A stretch of DNA of 64,000 nucleotides from Azolla caroliniana. Lineage: Eukaryota > Plantae > Polypodiophyta. Positions 51,568 through 64,000 of this stretch are shown here, piece by piece. Position 1 is the stretch's first letter. Each line of letters begins with the position of its first letter. The stretch is from positions 2,976,001 to 3,040,000 of the forward strand of contig JBHGNT010000010.1 of NCBI GenBank assembly GCA_043228905.1, written 5' to 3'. A model generated the notes under the pieces. The model was given only the letters and a program-made list of their open reading frames with translations. It searched no databases and was not told the DNA's origin. The position numbers and the translations under genes are program-made.

Positions 51568-52156
51568 GCTCACTCATGTATAGACAAAGAAGCGCACGGG
51601 GACGCGTCACAACAACACAGGAGACGCGAATTGAGAACACTAGAGTGTGTATGTAAATATAGGCATGTATTTGTATGTATGCGGACGACTCGAACAGTTA
51701 TAGCCGACCAGGTCGTTGAGGTGGATGCCGACACCTGATCACCCACGCACACAGGAAAGCCAGATGGAGATTCTGCCGGAAGCACACGGGCGTTCCATGG
51801 AGCAGAATCAGCCTCCTGAGAGCCTGTGCAAAAGAAAGCTATGGAGAACGACAGAGAAGAAGAGCTCGGTCCCAGTCTGACAGCACTTCGTTCCTTCTAG
51901 CGCGCGATATCTTCTCTCCCTCGTCTCCCTCTCTTTTATAGCTCAAGGAGGGAGGGCCGTTTCACCCGTTTACATCACATTAATTCTCTGTCCTTTCGGA
52001 CAGAGATACTCCTCGATTTCCCTTATAGAATATTGCTACCTAGGATTTAACCTTTGTGCCTCCCTATCTACTATACGACAAGGGACGTGCCCACGTGTAA
52101 GGGCCGGTTCACACACTATACACGGTTTGCGCCTGGGGACGGTTTTCTTCACGACA
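51440..52156 (-). mobile_element. Solo LTR of the 53238-60143 gypsy family
   Basis: Reverse complement of the 53238-53902 LTR. 4-bp flanks ACAT/ACGT; element A has ACGT at the equivalent site. Confidence 0.93.
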
Positions 52157-53237
52157 ACGTAATATCGGCGTCTGCCAAATGTAGCCGTGTGTGCCGGTGC
52201 CCATACGTCAGAATGGACTACGTTGAGTAGACCTTTGCTCACGTTCCGCTCTTTCGGGAATGGGTGTTAGTGTTGCTTGCGGAGTTGGCACGTTTCGCAT
52301 ACACCTTCAATCTCCTTCTCTTTGAATGTCGGGAGTCCAATGATGACTCCTTTCGATTTCATTGCTTTTAGTTTGTTGGGATTGATGTGGCCGATTCGCT
52401 TGTGCCATAACTCTATGTCGGAGTTGGCTTTCATGCTTTTCGCGAACATGGCAGATTTCATCTCGTGTGAATTGAGAATGAACATCCGGCCCTCTCTTCT
52501 TCCGCGCGTGATGATTCGACCCTCTCTTTCGATGAAGCACCCTTCTTAGTCAAATCGTACTTGCATCCCTTGCTCAACCATTTGGCTGACTGAGACCAAA
52601 TTCTTCGTGATGGTGGGAACATGCAAGACATTTTTAATGTATGTTTGCTTACCTCTTTCACCGACCGGAACATTGCCGATGTGCCGAATCAGGTGCGTAG
52701 TGTCATCTCCGGTTTCGACATAACCGGGTTGCTCCGGCTCTCGAAGTTCAAGAAACCATTCTTTATGAGATGTCATATGGTTTGAGGCTCCGGAGTCAAC
52801 AAACCATACGTCCTCCGGATTGAGGGCACTAGTTGAGGTAGAGACTGACATAGAGTTTGCTCTATGTTTCATCATGAACATTCGGCCACGGTCGGAGTTG
52901 TGTGCATACATTCCGCCACTATCTTCATAGTCGGAGTTGTGCTCGTACATTCCGCTACACTCTTCGTAGTCGGAATTCTGCGCGTAATTCGTGAGTTGTC
53001 GGCTTGTGGAAGCCGATTCGCGCATCTTCTTTCGACACTGTATTTCGTGGTGGTCGAGCTTTCCACAATGTCCGCATTTGGTTACGTTTTTGACGGCTCG
53101 GGCCGGAGTGGAAGCTCCCCCTTCTTGCGAAGGTTCCTCATTGGCTTCCGTTTTGCAGCCGGAATTGGGAGTTGTTGTCGTAGGTCGTACCTCGTCCGCT
53201 TGGTCCTTGGCCGAATTGGCCTCTCGCTGGTCCGCGT

Positions 53238-56200
53238 TGTCGTGAAGAAAACCGTCCCCAGGCGCAAACCGTGTATAGTGTGTGTGAACCGGCCCTTACA
53301 CGTGGGCACGTCCCTTGTCGTATAGTAGATAGGGAGGCACAAAGGTTAAATCCTAGGTAGCAATATTCTATAAGGGAAATCGAGGAGTATCTCTGTCCGA
53401 AAGGACAGAGAATTAATGTGATGTAAACGGGTGAAACGGCCTCCCTCCTTGAGCTATAAAAGAGAGGGAGACGAGGGAGAGAAGATATCGCGCGCTAGAA
53501 GGAACAAAGTGCTGTCGGACTGGGACCGAGCTCTTCTTCTCTGTCATTCTCCATAGCTTTCTTTTGCGCAGGTTCTCAGGAGGCTGATTCTGCTCCGTGG
53601 AACGCCCGTGTGCTTTCGGCAGAATCTCCATCTTGCTCTCCTGTGTGTGTGGGTGATCAGGCGTCGGCATCCATCTCGCCGACCTGATCGGCTGTAACCG
53701 TTCGAGTCGTCTACATACATACTCTACTGTTCTCAACTCACGTCTCCTGTGTTGTTGTGCCGCGTCCCCATGCGCTTCTTTGTCTATACGGGAGTGATCG
53801 TCTCTCTCTCTCTCTCTCTCTCTCTTTTTCCTCACCTATTCCTCGGTCCAAGACCCCAGTGGTCCCGCCTTGTTCTCCACACACGCGCGTAACAACGCGA
53901 CATATTTGGTGAACCCGACGTGAACAGGCGGCAGAGGAGTAGAAGATGAGGGGGTCGGACCTTGCAGAAGCCATGGCTTCAGTTGTAGACCGTATAGTGA
54001 GTGCGCGCGAAGGCACCGACGCCCTTGATTGGGCTATCGAGGCGGTTGTCGGTACGATCGGCTGGTTTAGTGGGAAGGATGCCACGAGCTACTTGGCGTC
54101 CTACCGGGCTGAGATGGTAATGAGGGACATTCCGGAAGAGAGGCGTCTAGCCGGATTCACTCGAGTGGCGATGCCGGGTATGCATATGGAGGTGCTCGAG
54201 GTACGGGTCGAGAGCCGGACCTGGGAGGAGTTCGAAGGTCGGCTCCTCGAAAGATACGGGCTTGAAGATGCGCTTCGACTTTCGAAGCGGGACTTCATGG
54301 AGTGGGTGGAGACCCCCGACAAAGGAAGGAACGTGTCAGTGCTCCTTTGGGAGTTTGAGGAATGCTTCGCGCGCCTCTCGGTGCTTGACCGGACCGTTCT
54401 GGACACAAGCCGTGTCCTATTGTTTGTTAAGTCGGTTGACGAGCGGGATCGGGAGCAGGTAGGCCTCCTATTGGAGACTGATGACGGGCTGACGGCCGAC
54501 TCGACCGTGGTGAAAAGGGTCTGTGGCCATTTCGAAAAACGGCGGGAATGGGTTGACAAAGGATCGACAGGGGCGGGCTCTGTCACAGCAAAGAAGCTCG
54601 AGCCAACACCACCAATGCGAAGGGAAGAGACCCGAGATTGGCTCGAGACCGGGTCGGCTTCAACCGGCATGGTCAAGGGCTCGTCCGGGGGAGCAGCTCT
54701 GGAGGAGCTGACGTGGATGGTAAAGGATCTCTAGATCGCCCAGGCAGGGAGGGATGGTGGCGAACAGGCCCGTGACCGACGACCTCTGGCTGAAAACAGG
54801 TGCATGTGGTGTGATGCGGTTGGGCACATCCGGAAGGACTGCGGGGACTTCGCCGAGGCGATGAGAAGCAACACGGTGTACCTGTGGAACGGTCGGGTGG
54901 ACGCCAGTGAGACCCGAAGGGCCCTAAACCTGAACGTCGGGCGAGGGGGTATGAAAAGGCTGATGGAGGAGGCGGCGGCTCGTCACGCGGAGACCGTCCA
55001 CTACTAGGCGTCAACTGGTATTCGGGTCGGAGGTGGCGAGGCCTCGAAGACGAGCAAAGTCGGGTTCTGGCCGACAATGCTGGAAGGCCTCGCCGGCGCA
55101 CGACTGAGGAAAGAAGAGGTGAACCGCGCGAAAAAACGGGTCCGGGAGGTAACTGGGTGGAGTGACCCGGTGGAAGAAAAGACGGGCTTCGTCGAAGCCG
55201 CTTGTCAAAACTACGAGGCCCTGGTGGAGGACAAGCGAGTAGGGAAAACTGGAGGGGCCGGGCCCTCGCAGCGATATGAAACTCGATTCGGGAAAAGACG
55301 GAATGAGGCCGTTGTAACCGACACCCTGGATAATCCCAAGAAGGGCGGGTACTGGCTGGGCACAGAAATCGAAAGATCCACGGACCTGTGAAAGGTCGTG
55401 GAAGAACGAATCCTCGACAGCAAGGTGGAGCTATTGCTGAGGGAAGTGCTCGGGATCGCCAAGAAGGAGTTCCACGACTCCATCGTAGACTTGGTGAAGA
55501 GGAAGAGGCTGTCGATGGAGACAGTACCGGAGAAGCCGGTGGAGGTGCGGACAACGCACATAGAGGACATGGCGCTGGAAGACGAGTTGGCGGAGAACCA
55601 CTATTCGAGGCCGCACTGGGCCAGAGCGACCACGAAGACCCCCGTGAAGATCGGAGATGTTCATGAACCAGTGGTGGCGTTGGTGGACCATGGTTCAGAA
55701 ATCAATTTGATGTCCATGGACTTCTACAAGAAGGGGAAATGGCCGATCAACACCAAGCACGGGTGGAAGATACGGGTAACGACGCGTGCCACCGAAGAAC
55801 TACATGGAGCCTGCCCGAATGTACGAGTAAAGATGGGCGATGTCGAGATTGACCAACACTTCTTTGTGCAAGAGACGTCCTCACATCCGGTTATACTAGG
55901 AGAACCGTACATCACGACAGCACGAATGGAGACCAAGGTGCTGGACAATGGCTCGGCCTATGCAAGGGTCAAGAGCCAGGATGGGCGTCACTAGGTCCAG
56001 TTCCTGACGGTGAGACTGAACCATGAGAGGAACCGCGAGACCCTCGGGGGCGAAAGCCGGGAGGATTTTTGAAGAGGGCTATCAAGGCGTGGGGCCACAA
56101 TAGTCCGGACACTCCGGGAAAACCCCACAAGTGTAGTCAAAAATCAACGGAGTCGTGGAGGCGGTCTCTTTCGACGATACCTTGGGGGAGCTGCGGGAGG

Positions 56201-59200
56201 TAGTCAGAGGAGTCCTTAAAGAGGACCCGACGATTCCGGTATGTTCGGAAAAGATGTACGAAGTCATCGCGGACTTCAGTAGAGGGCTCGAGTCGGATCA
56301 GACGGCCTGGGTGGACACGAGGTACAAGACTGTGGACCGGAAGGTGAGGCCAGTCGCGGCTCCCTTGCCGGAGGGCAGCGAGTTGCGAATAAAGGGGGTT
56401 GCATCGGACCCGAGTTTACGAAATCCGGCCCACATAGGACACACGTTCACCGACATAACGCTGCGCGAGCTCAAAATCGGTGGGGGCGGCTTCCTACTGC
56501 TGGTGGAAGAGGACCGTTTTCGGGGAATGCTCGGAAGGCACGGGAAGGCTTTCGCATTCTCACCGGAGGAGATCGGGTGCATAGACCCGAAAGTCGTGGA
56601 ACCGATGGTGATATTCACGGTACCGCATGTGCCGTGGAGTCTCAAACCGATTCCAGTACCCAGAGCTCACATCCCGAAGCTGATGGAGTTGTTAAAGCAG
56701 AAGGTCGAGATGGGAATCCTCGAACCGTCGAGTGCCCCATACTCGAATTGGTGGTTTACCGTGCCGAAGAAGGACGACACGTTGCGCTTTATTCAAGACC
56801 TGCAGCCGGTCAACAAGGTGACCATTCAAAACGCAGGAATCGGACCGACAATAGACGAGTTCGCGGAGGCCTTCACCGGAAGGTCGATTTACTCGGTCGG
56901 TGATCTCTACTCAGGGTACGATCAGTTCCAGCTTGCCGTAGAGAGCAGGGACATCACGACAATGCGAACTCCTCTCGGCCTAGTACGAATGTGTACCCTG
57001 CCGCAAGGAGGGACAAACTCGGTGGCTCACATGGTGAACGCAATGAACAAAGTGCTAAGGGATTGTATCCCGGACATCACCATGCCGTTTTTGGACGACG
57101 TCCCGATCAAGGGATGCATGGTGGAGGAAAGGGACGAGACGATCGGACCGGACGGATGCCGGAAATTCGTGGCGACGCACATCGATGACTGCGAGAAGGT
57201 GTTGCAGAGGTTGGAGAGCGCGAGGCTCACCTTCTCCGGAGGAAAGTCGGCCTTCGGGCAATCAGAGATCATGGTCGTCGGACACCTATGCGGGTCGTAC
57301 GGCCGGAAACCGTCTCCGGCTAAGGTAGAAGCCATCTCTGCGATGAAGAACGACTGTAGCTCGGTCATGGAGGTTCGGAGGTTCTTGGGAGTGTGCGCGT
57401 TCTACCACATATGGATCCCGCATTACGCTGACGTCGCGGAGCCGTTATACGGGTTGCTGAAAAAAGGGAGAAAATTCGAGTGGAGAGACGAGCATACGAA
57501 GTTTGTCCGGAAGATGAAGGAAGCACTTGCCGCGGCTCCGGCGCTCCGAAAGGCTGTCTACGGAAAGAGCACTCCAATTTACATAACGGTAGACACGAGT
57601 CCGACTGGGATCGGATGGGTCGTCAACGAAGAGGACGAGGACGGCATGCGTTCCCCGATCCGGTTCGGTGCGAAGGTCCTCAGCGAGCGACAACGAGGAT
57701 ACGCCCAGGTTAAACGCGAGCTCTGGGGTATCGTTTCGGCGGTAAAGGCTGATAAAGACTACCTGATCGGGACAGAGGTAATTATCGAGACGGACTGCCT
57801 ACCGATCCTTGGCATGGTTTCCGGATGCGTGACGCCGGACTTGGCAATGCTCATTTGGATAGCGTACATCAAGTCTCTGAATCCGGAAATACGACACATT
57901 TCCGGGAAAGACAACACCATGGCCGACATGCTTTCAAGGGCGAGGTTCGAAAATGACGGCGGCATGGTTTCAGAGGACGAGGAAGTCGGCGTGGACTTCT
58001 TCGAGGCGGCTCACGTAACAACCGGCAGGGAATGCTCTCCAACGCTTAACGATTTCGACGAGAGCAAATACGACGGGGAGTGGCTGCAGATCGGCGGGTT
58101 CCTGAAAACAATGACACCGGACGTGGCATGGACAACGGACGAGGCCAACCGGATTCGGAAGAAAGCCTACGGATTCTTTCTCCGGGACGGATACATATGG
58201 AAGCACTCGAAGAAGAGGAACGACATCCCGCTTCGAGAGGTGGCGAAGAAGGAGGAACAGGAGGATTTGCTGGCGGCGTACCACGATAGCCCGTGGGCTG
58301 GACACCGTGGAACGTGGGCCACGTTCGAAAAGCTAAAGGGGAAGTACTGGTGGCCGAGACTATACCGGGACGTGCATCGGTTCGTGACGACTTGCGAAAG
58401 CTGTTAGGTGCACTCCATGATCCGACATCGGGATGAGCTTCACCCGACCTACCCTCCGATCGTCCACTTCAAGTGGATGGTGGATTTGGTGACGATGCCA
58501 ATGGGGGTAGGACAGATGCGGTATCTGGCGCTGGCTCGGGAAGATCTAACGAACCAGGTTGAAGGCCGAGCCCTGCAGAACAAGATGACGACAGCCGTGT
58601 GCCGGTTTTTGATTGAGGACGTAGTATGCCGATACGGGTGTGTAGGGAAGATCGTGGCTGACCGTGGTGAGTTGGACGCGGAAGAGGCCGAAGAGCTGTT
58701 CGACCGGCTAGGAGTCAAATTTTCGCTCACCACAGCGTACAATCCGGAGGCGAACGGGAAGGTGGAGCGCGGACACGGGCCAATTGTCAAAGCGCTAGTA
58801 CGGGCGTGCGGAGGCCGAGTCGGGGACTGGCCACGGCTGCTACCTTATGCCTTGTGGGCGGACCGGACTACGCACAGTTCGGTAACCGGGTTCATGCCGG
58901 CCGAGCTTATGTTCGGACAGAAGCCAATCATGCCAACAGAGCGAACGATCTCCTCGTGGGCCACAGTGGACTGGAGGGATGAGATGAGCCGAGAGGAACT
59001 GCTGGCGGCGCGGATTCGACAGCTCGAGTGGAGGCCGGAGGACGTAGAGCGAGCCGCGGAGAAACTTCGAGTAGCGAGGATAAGGAACAAAGCCCGGTTC
59101 GACCGAAGACACCGGTCTAGGCCAAGGAAGATTGAGGAAGGCGACTGGGTGCTAGTCTACGACAGCAGCCTCGACAATCAGCACAGGGCCACGCGGAAGT

Positions 59201-60030
59201 TTGCGAGGAGGTGGTTCGGGCCTTACGTAGTAACAGGCGCCAACGGCAATGGGAAGTACCATCTCGTGGAGCTCGACGGTACGAGAATGACGATACCGGT
59301 AGCGGGGAAGAGGATCAAAGCGTTCAAGAAACGGCACGACGGGGAGCCGGGGCTAGGGGGCATGGACAACGACGACGAGCAGCCCGAGGCGGAGGATGAA
59401 CCGGTAAACGAGGAATAAAAGCAAGGATCGGTGCATACCGGTTGATGCGCGGTCTCGCTGGTCCGCGTTGTCGTGAAGAAAACCGTCCCCAGGCGCAAAC
59501 CGTGTATAGTGTGTGTGAACCGGCCCTTACACGTGGGCACGTCCCTTGTCGTATAGTAGATAGGGAGGCACAAAGGTTAAATCCTAGGTAGCAATATTCT
59601 ATAAGGGAAATCGAGGAGTATCTCTGTCCGAAAGGACAGAGAATTAATGTGATGTAAACGGGTGAAACGGCCTCCCTCCTTGAGCTATAAAAGAGAGGGA
59701 GACGGGGGAGAGAAGATATTGCGCACTAGAAGGAACGAAGTGTTGTTGGACTGGGACCGAGCTCTTCTTCTTTGTTGTTCTCCATAGCTTTCTTTTGCGC
59801 AGGTTCTCAGGAGGCTGATTCTGCTCCGTGGAACGCCCGTGTGCTTTCGGCAGAATCTCCATCTTGCTCTCCTGTGTGCGTGGGTGATTAGGCGTCGACA
59901 TCCACCTCGCCGACCTGATCGGCTGTAACCGTTCGAGTTGTCTACATACATACTCTAGTATTCTCAACTCGCATCTCCTGTGTTGTTGTGACGCGTCCCC
60001 GTGCGCTTCTTTGTCTATACATGAGTGAGC

Positions 60031-60070
<40 letters not shown>

Positions 60071-60143
60071 CCTCACCTATTCCTCGGTCCAAGACCCCAG
60101 TGGTCCCGCCTTGTTCTCCACGCACGCGCGTAACAACGCGACA
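53238..60143 (+). mobile_element. Full-length non-chromovirus Ty3/gypsy element (LTRs 53238-53902 and 59469-60143) inserted in the gag of element B
   Basis: PBS TGGTGAACCCGACGTGA at 53907-53923 (tRNA-Trp complement) and 4-bp flanks GCGT/ACGT. Gag 53946-54734, CMWCDAVGHIRKDC knuckle, protease ALVDHGSEIN, RT, RNase H and integrase with GPY. GC-rich. Confidence 0.95.
56155..59418 (+). pseudogene. Gypsy pol (RT-RNase H-integrase), split by one in-frame TAG at 58405-58407
   Basis: LPQGGTNS, FLDDVPIKG, VDTSPTGIG, ETDCLP, ADMLSR, HDSPWAGHRG..CESC, DRGE, YNPEANGKVER, RRWFGPY. Confidence 0.92.
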
Positions 60144-61779
60144 ACGTCCTCTTCCTCTGTTCGATGAGTGTAGAGCATGTGGCCTTCTGACTCATTGCTC
60201 CTTGTACGCACGTGGTTTTCTTCGACCAATAGCATTGATTGGAGCTCGAAGAAGGAGGGAGATTTCTCCCTTGCAAGAACGGCGGTTCGCATTGCGCCGA
60301 ACCATGGTGCGAGGCCGCCGAGGCATATTTGCACCATCTCATCATCATCGATACTTACGCTTATCGAGCCAAGTGAGTCGCAAAGCTCCTTGATCTTCAA
60401 GGTGTATGTCATTATTGACATGTCCCTTTGTTGAATGTTGTTCTAATCTTGGCGGAGTTGAAGCCTTCTTGCGGTTGTGTTCGCCGCGAAAATCTTTCGT
60501 AGATTTTCCCATGCCTCCTTCGGCGTCTTGGCTTCGCGAATGTAGCCGACCATGTGATCGTGAACACATGTCACCAAACAATACATCACGCGGCTTGCGG
60601 CTTTCTCCCATGTCACGTATTTGGGAGCCGCTTCGGCGAGTCGGTCTTCGTGCTCTCCTTTGATGTAACTCCAATAGCCTTGTCCGACAAGGTATTGGTG
60701 CATCTTGTACTCCAAAGATGCGAAGTTGTTTCGATCCAACTTCTCAGTAGGGAGAGCGTTCCCCATTTGAGTATTCATTATGTCGATTCTTGTTATTCTT
60801 CTTCTCTCTTTGAATGTGAGCTATGTAGCGAAACTACGATAGCGATGACCGGTTCTTCTTGAATGTCGGCATAGAACTCAACAAACGCAAATGGGCTAGA
60901 TGGAGCTACCAAACCGCTCTGATACCATGTAAAGAATCAAGAGATGGATTCTGTGCAGCGGAATAGATATTAACTGTGTGTGTGTATGAGAGAGAGAGAG
61001 AGAGAGAGTGAGAGAGACAAAGAGTCAGACACAGAGAATACACAAGGTAAAGTATATTAACAAAGGAGAAAGACTCAACATTATACAAGGTGGGAGGAGG
61101 GTGTTTTATATAGTCACCCTCTTTCTTCATTAACTACAAGACTCATGGAGCATGGGGAATGTGAAAGCTCTTAAGTTATGTTTCATAGAATATGATTCTA
61201 TGACTCATACTAAATGCTAGAATACAAAGTGGTGACATAATGGTGACTCTTGACTGTTGGAGTGTCTATTCACTCTCAAGGTGAGTTCACACACTAGACC
61301 AAGTTGAGCTTGATTCTCAACAGCTTGGTTACCCTTATACAGAACATAAGAAGAACAAGTATTCTCAAAATTTGATTTTTTAATGTACTATGTAATCGAT
61401 ATTGGAGGTTCAACCAAAAATGTTTATCACCCCAAATGATTTAGTACATTTGTCAATCTATTTGACCAGACTAAACCAACAACAAAACATATACATGGTT
61501 CATAATAAAGGCCACGAGTTTTACCTCAATGAAACAACTCATCTTACTTTTTAATCTATTTGAGCTACTAATATGGAAGTTAAAATTGTTGCTCTCCTTC
61601 GCTAGTGGTTACGTCATCCACTAAAAGTTCTCCACCTTTGAAGTTCTCATGGTATTATCGAGGAGTTTCGGATTATGCATGTATTGTTATTAGAATGTTC
61701 AAATGTTTTGAATTTAGTTCTTATATGCCACCCCATCTAGGATCACCAATGTGTGTCCTCTCGTGTCTTAATAGTTTGT

Positions 61780-62720
61780 AAAAGCACCAATAGATTCAAC
61801 TATTATTGATTCCATTTATAGTGATCCCATTGCAAATACATTCATACAAAATATGCTTGTTGTATGCAGATAATGCGGTGTTTTTTGCAAATACTTTAGA
61901 AGATGTGCAAAAGCATATGATGCCATTGGAAGAGTTATTGCATGCATATTGAGTTGAGTGTCAATAGCTCTAAAACAAAGATTATGCTTGTGATGAGCGA
62001 AAATAAGGATAAACCGTGCATTATGTACAATAACGAACCACTTGAAACTATGGAAAGCTCTAAATACCTTTGAGGTTCCTTTAAATCATAGATGGAATGA
62101 ATATGCTTCCCACCGCTTAAAGGCAGGAAACATACCATTTTATGCATTTGAGAACACATGAAATCATGAAGAAATTAAGAGTTGGGTTCTCGAGAATTAC
62201 CTTCTTGACAATTTGGTGTCACCAATGCTTCTCTATGGGGTGGAAGTATAGAGCGGTAGCATCCTTAAGTCCACTTGGAAATTGGTTGAAAAATGTCCCA
62301 AAACATTTACATATAAAGTTTCTACAAGCCAAGAAACAAAAGTCATACACCCTCCCACTTATTGAGACAGGATCACTTCCCATTTAGATCATGGCCATGG
62401 AAAGGGTTGTTAAATACATGCTTAAGTTTCATAATGTCCCTCACAACTACTGGGAATTGTATGGGAAGGATGCAAAAAGACCCAAAAGAAAAGAAAGAGC
62501 AAAATTATGTGTTGTAATTGTATGCAAGATATGGAAAAATGGTTTGGAAGATGGGATGCAACACGCTTGCTTCATGATGCATCAATAGATTTTTTTGTAA
62601 ATGAGATATTTTTTTTTGCTATGCTAATGTATCATGAAATGTGAAAAATATGGAGATTCATGCTTCACATACTATACCTACATATGTTGCATCTACCACA
62701 AAACCATATTCTTCACCAAA
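61780..62720 (+). mobile_element. Degenerate LINE RT fragment
   Basis: YADN motif at ~61862-61873, ELSVNSSKTKIML and ..LIETGSLP. Confidence 0.65.
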
Positions 62721-63049
62721 CAGTCACATTCTAAACTTGAACCTTTGACCTATAACACACCCAATACATAGTGTTAGATAAACCATATAGAAACCCTTAA
62801 GTTACATATAAATTTGTATATGGTTTAATATTGTAAAGTCTAACATATAGTACATTCAGAATATTCTAGTCTTTAGTATATTCTAGGAATAGTCTATGGT
62901 ATATTTTAGACGAGTATATTCTATATATATTTCTCAGGTATATTCTAGATATATTTCTCAAGTATATTCTAGACATATTCAATATCAGAACTTGTATAAA
63001 TATGCGTGTTCACCTGGATTACAATCAAGGTGAACAACACCAATTATAG

Positions 63050-63213
63050 TGTCGCGGTAATCCATGGGTACATGTCGAAACGGGGCGGGACCACTGGGGT
63101 CTTGAACCAGAGAGAGACGGAAGAGGGAAGACCGAGTTTCGCCAGTGCTGGATATGCCAGTTGTGACGCCGACAAGAGCATTTTCGGACTTGCACCGGAC
63201 GCAACCGAATGGG
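63050..63213 (-). mobile_element. 3' end of a gypsy LTR related to the 53238 family
   Basis: TGTCGCG terminus and the shared motif GGCGGGACCACTGGGGTCTTG (also at 51473-51493). Confidence 0.65.
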
Positions 63214-63705
63214 AGATAGATAGATTATATTATCGTCTTCGGAGGTCAAATATGACCTATGAGACCAAAAATATTACATTTCACGTGATACGTGTGAAAG
63301 TGAGTAGTGACTCTCGATGTTCAAGAACTTTACCAATGAATGTTGCAATCGAGAGTGCACATTGTGGTTGTTGAGAGGAATTCAAGCAAAGATTGGGCTC
63401 GGTTGAAGAGATGTGGAAAGCATGGTTGAATATGATCAAAGGCAAAGCATTGTATCAAAGTGTGATACTCAGACTCGCGAACTTGTCTAGGGCAAAGTGT
63501 GCATAGCCGACCACTCTCATCACTTGTGCCCCAACGCCCTGTTTCACATCGCAATGCATGTGAGCTAAGTCGCATGGAAGCAATGGTTCGAATGGTAGAT
63601 AACGGTATGGGCTCTAACATGTATCGATGTGTACGATTTCCCCATTCCACAAAGAATATGGTTTTGTAGTTAGGTGCAACATGTGTAGTATAATGTGTGA
63701 AGTGC
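63214..63705 (-). mobile_element. LINE 3' end (RTEX-like C-terminal domain, stem-loop, (TCTA)n tail)
   Basis: RLSSHALRCETGRW..RLCTLCP..ESEYHTLIQC, followed by the 3' hairpin AGGTCA-TATT-TGACCT. Confidence 0.85.
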
Positions 63706-64000
63706 TGTCGTGAAGATTCCGGGCCATGGTGAGAAAACAGGGAATATCGGAACAATCGACAAGGTGGAGCATGTGCAGTCACCCTTGTATAGATTGTGTA
63801 AACGATAGGGGCGCCATTAAGGCGCCGAACAGTAGTTAATTCGGGACAAAGGATCCCATGTAATAAGGGATTTATCCCACATTGTTACGCATCCCTCTCC
63901 TTGTTCTATAAAAGGAAGGGAGCGCCCTTTGTAAAGGGGTTGCCCATTTTGAGTTAGGAGGGTATACCGTTGGGTTTAGGGTTTGGTAGTTTTCTTCCTC
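63706..64000 (+). mobile_element. Start of another gypsy LTR (TGTCGTGAAG...) inserted into the LINE; runs off the window
   Basis: Same LTR start as 53238 and 42254. TATA-like CTATAAAAG near 63906. Confidence 0.7.

Larger units (their letters stand above)
43025..61322 (-). mobile_element. Ty1/copia element B (host of the nest); 5' LTR 60928-61322, 3' LTR split into 43025-43300 and 48827-48942
   Basis: TSD GCTTG at 43020-43024 / 61323-61327. PBS TGGTATCAGAGC at 60916-60927, PPT at 48943-48954. Gag 60443-60778, protease 52546-53025, integrase 50272-50775 and RT/RH 49278-50309 are all very similar to element A. Confidence 0.92.

Noticed and set aside
54101-55570. Long antisense ORFs (191, 293 and 119 aa) in the gypsy element
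   Set aside because: They are shadow frames of GC-rich gag/protease sequence with no recognisable domains.

Overview
Eukaryotic, land-plant DNA; the TE-filled introns and the retroelement lineages suggest a non-seed plant such as a fern (inference). There are two convergent intron-containing host genes. On + are the last four exons of a SABRE/KINKY POLLEN (BLTP2/FMP27-type) gene (6871-10284). On - is a BRO1-domain endosomal-targeting protein gene of the At1g73390/BRAF type (about 16765-21445, 5' UTR to about 23.6 kb). Most of the rest is transposon DNA. It includes a Ty1/copia and LINEs inside the upstream SABRE intron, many RTEX-like LINE pieces sharing a covarying 3' stem-loop, an L1 fragment, a hAT MITE and a chromovirus remnant. 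From 37.6 to 64 kb is a deep nest: a copia inserted antisense into the 3' LTR of a sister copia, which also carries two solo LTRs and a full-length tRNA-Trp-primed Ty3/gypsy with 4-bp TSDs. Orphan gene pieces sit at 32.8-37.6 kb: degenerate RAD5-like helicase exons and a 1.55-kb copy of a SABRE exon with its introns. The main leads are tRNA-like Pol III A/B-box cassettes at the U3 end of two chromovirus-type LTRs, ACGT target preference of the gypsy family, a 3' LTR preceded by host flank instead of a PPT, and a ~150-bp array of repeated splice-donor motifs in the BRO1 5' UTR intron. All family calls come from motif recognition by eye; no searches were run.
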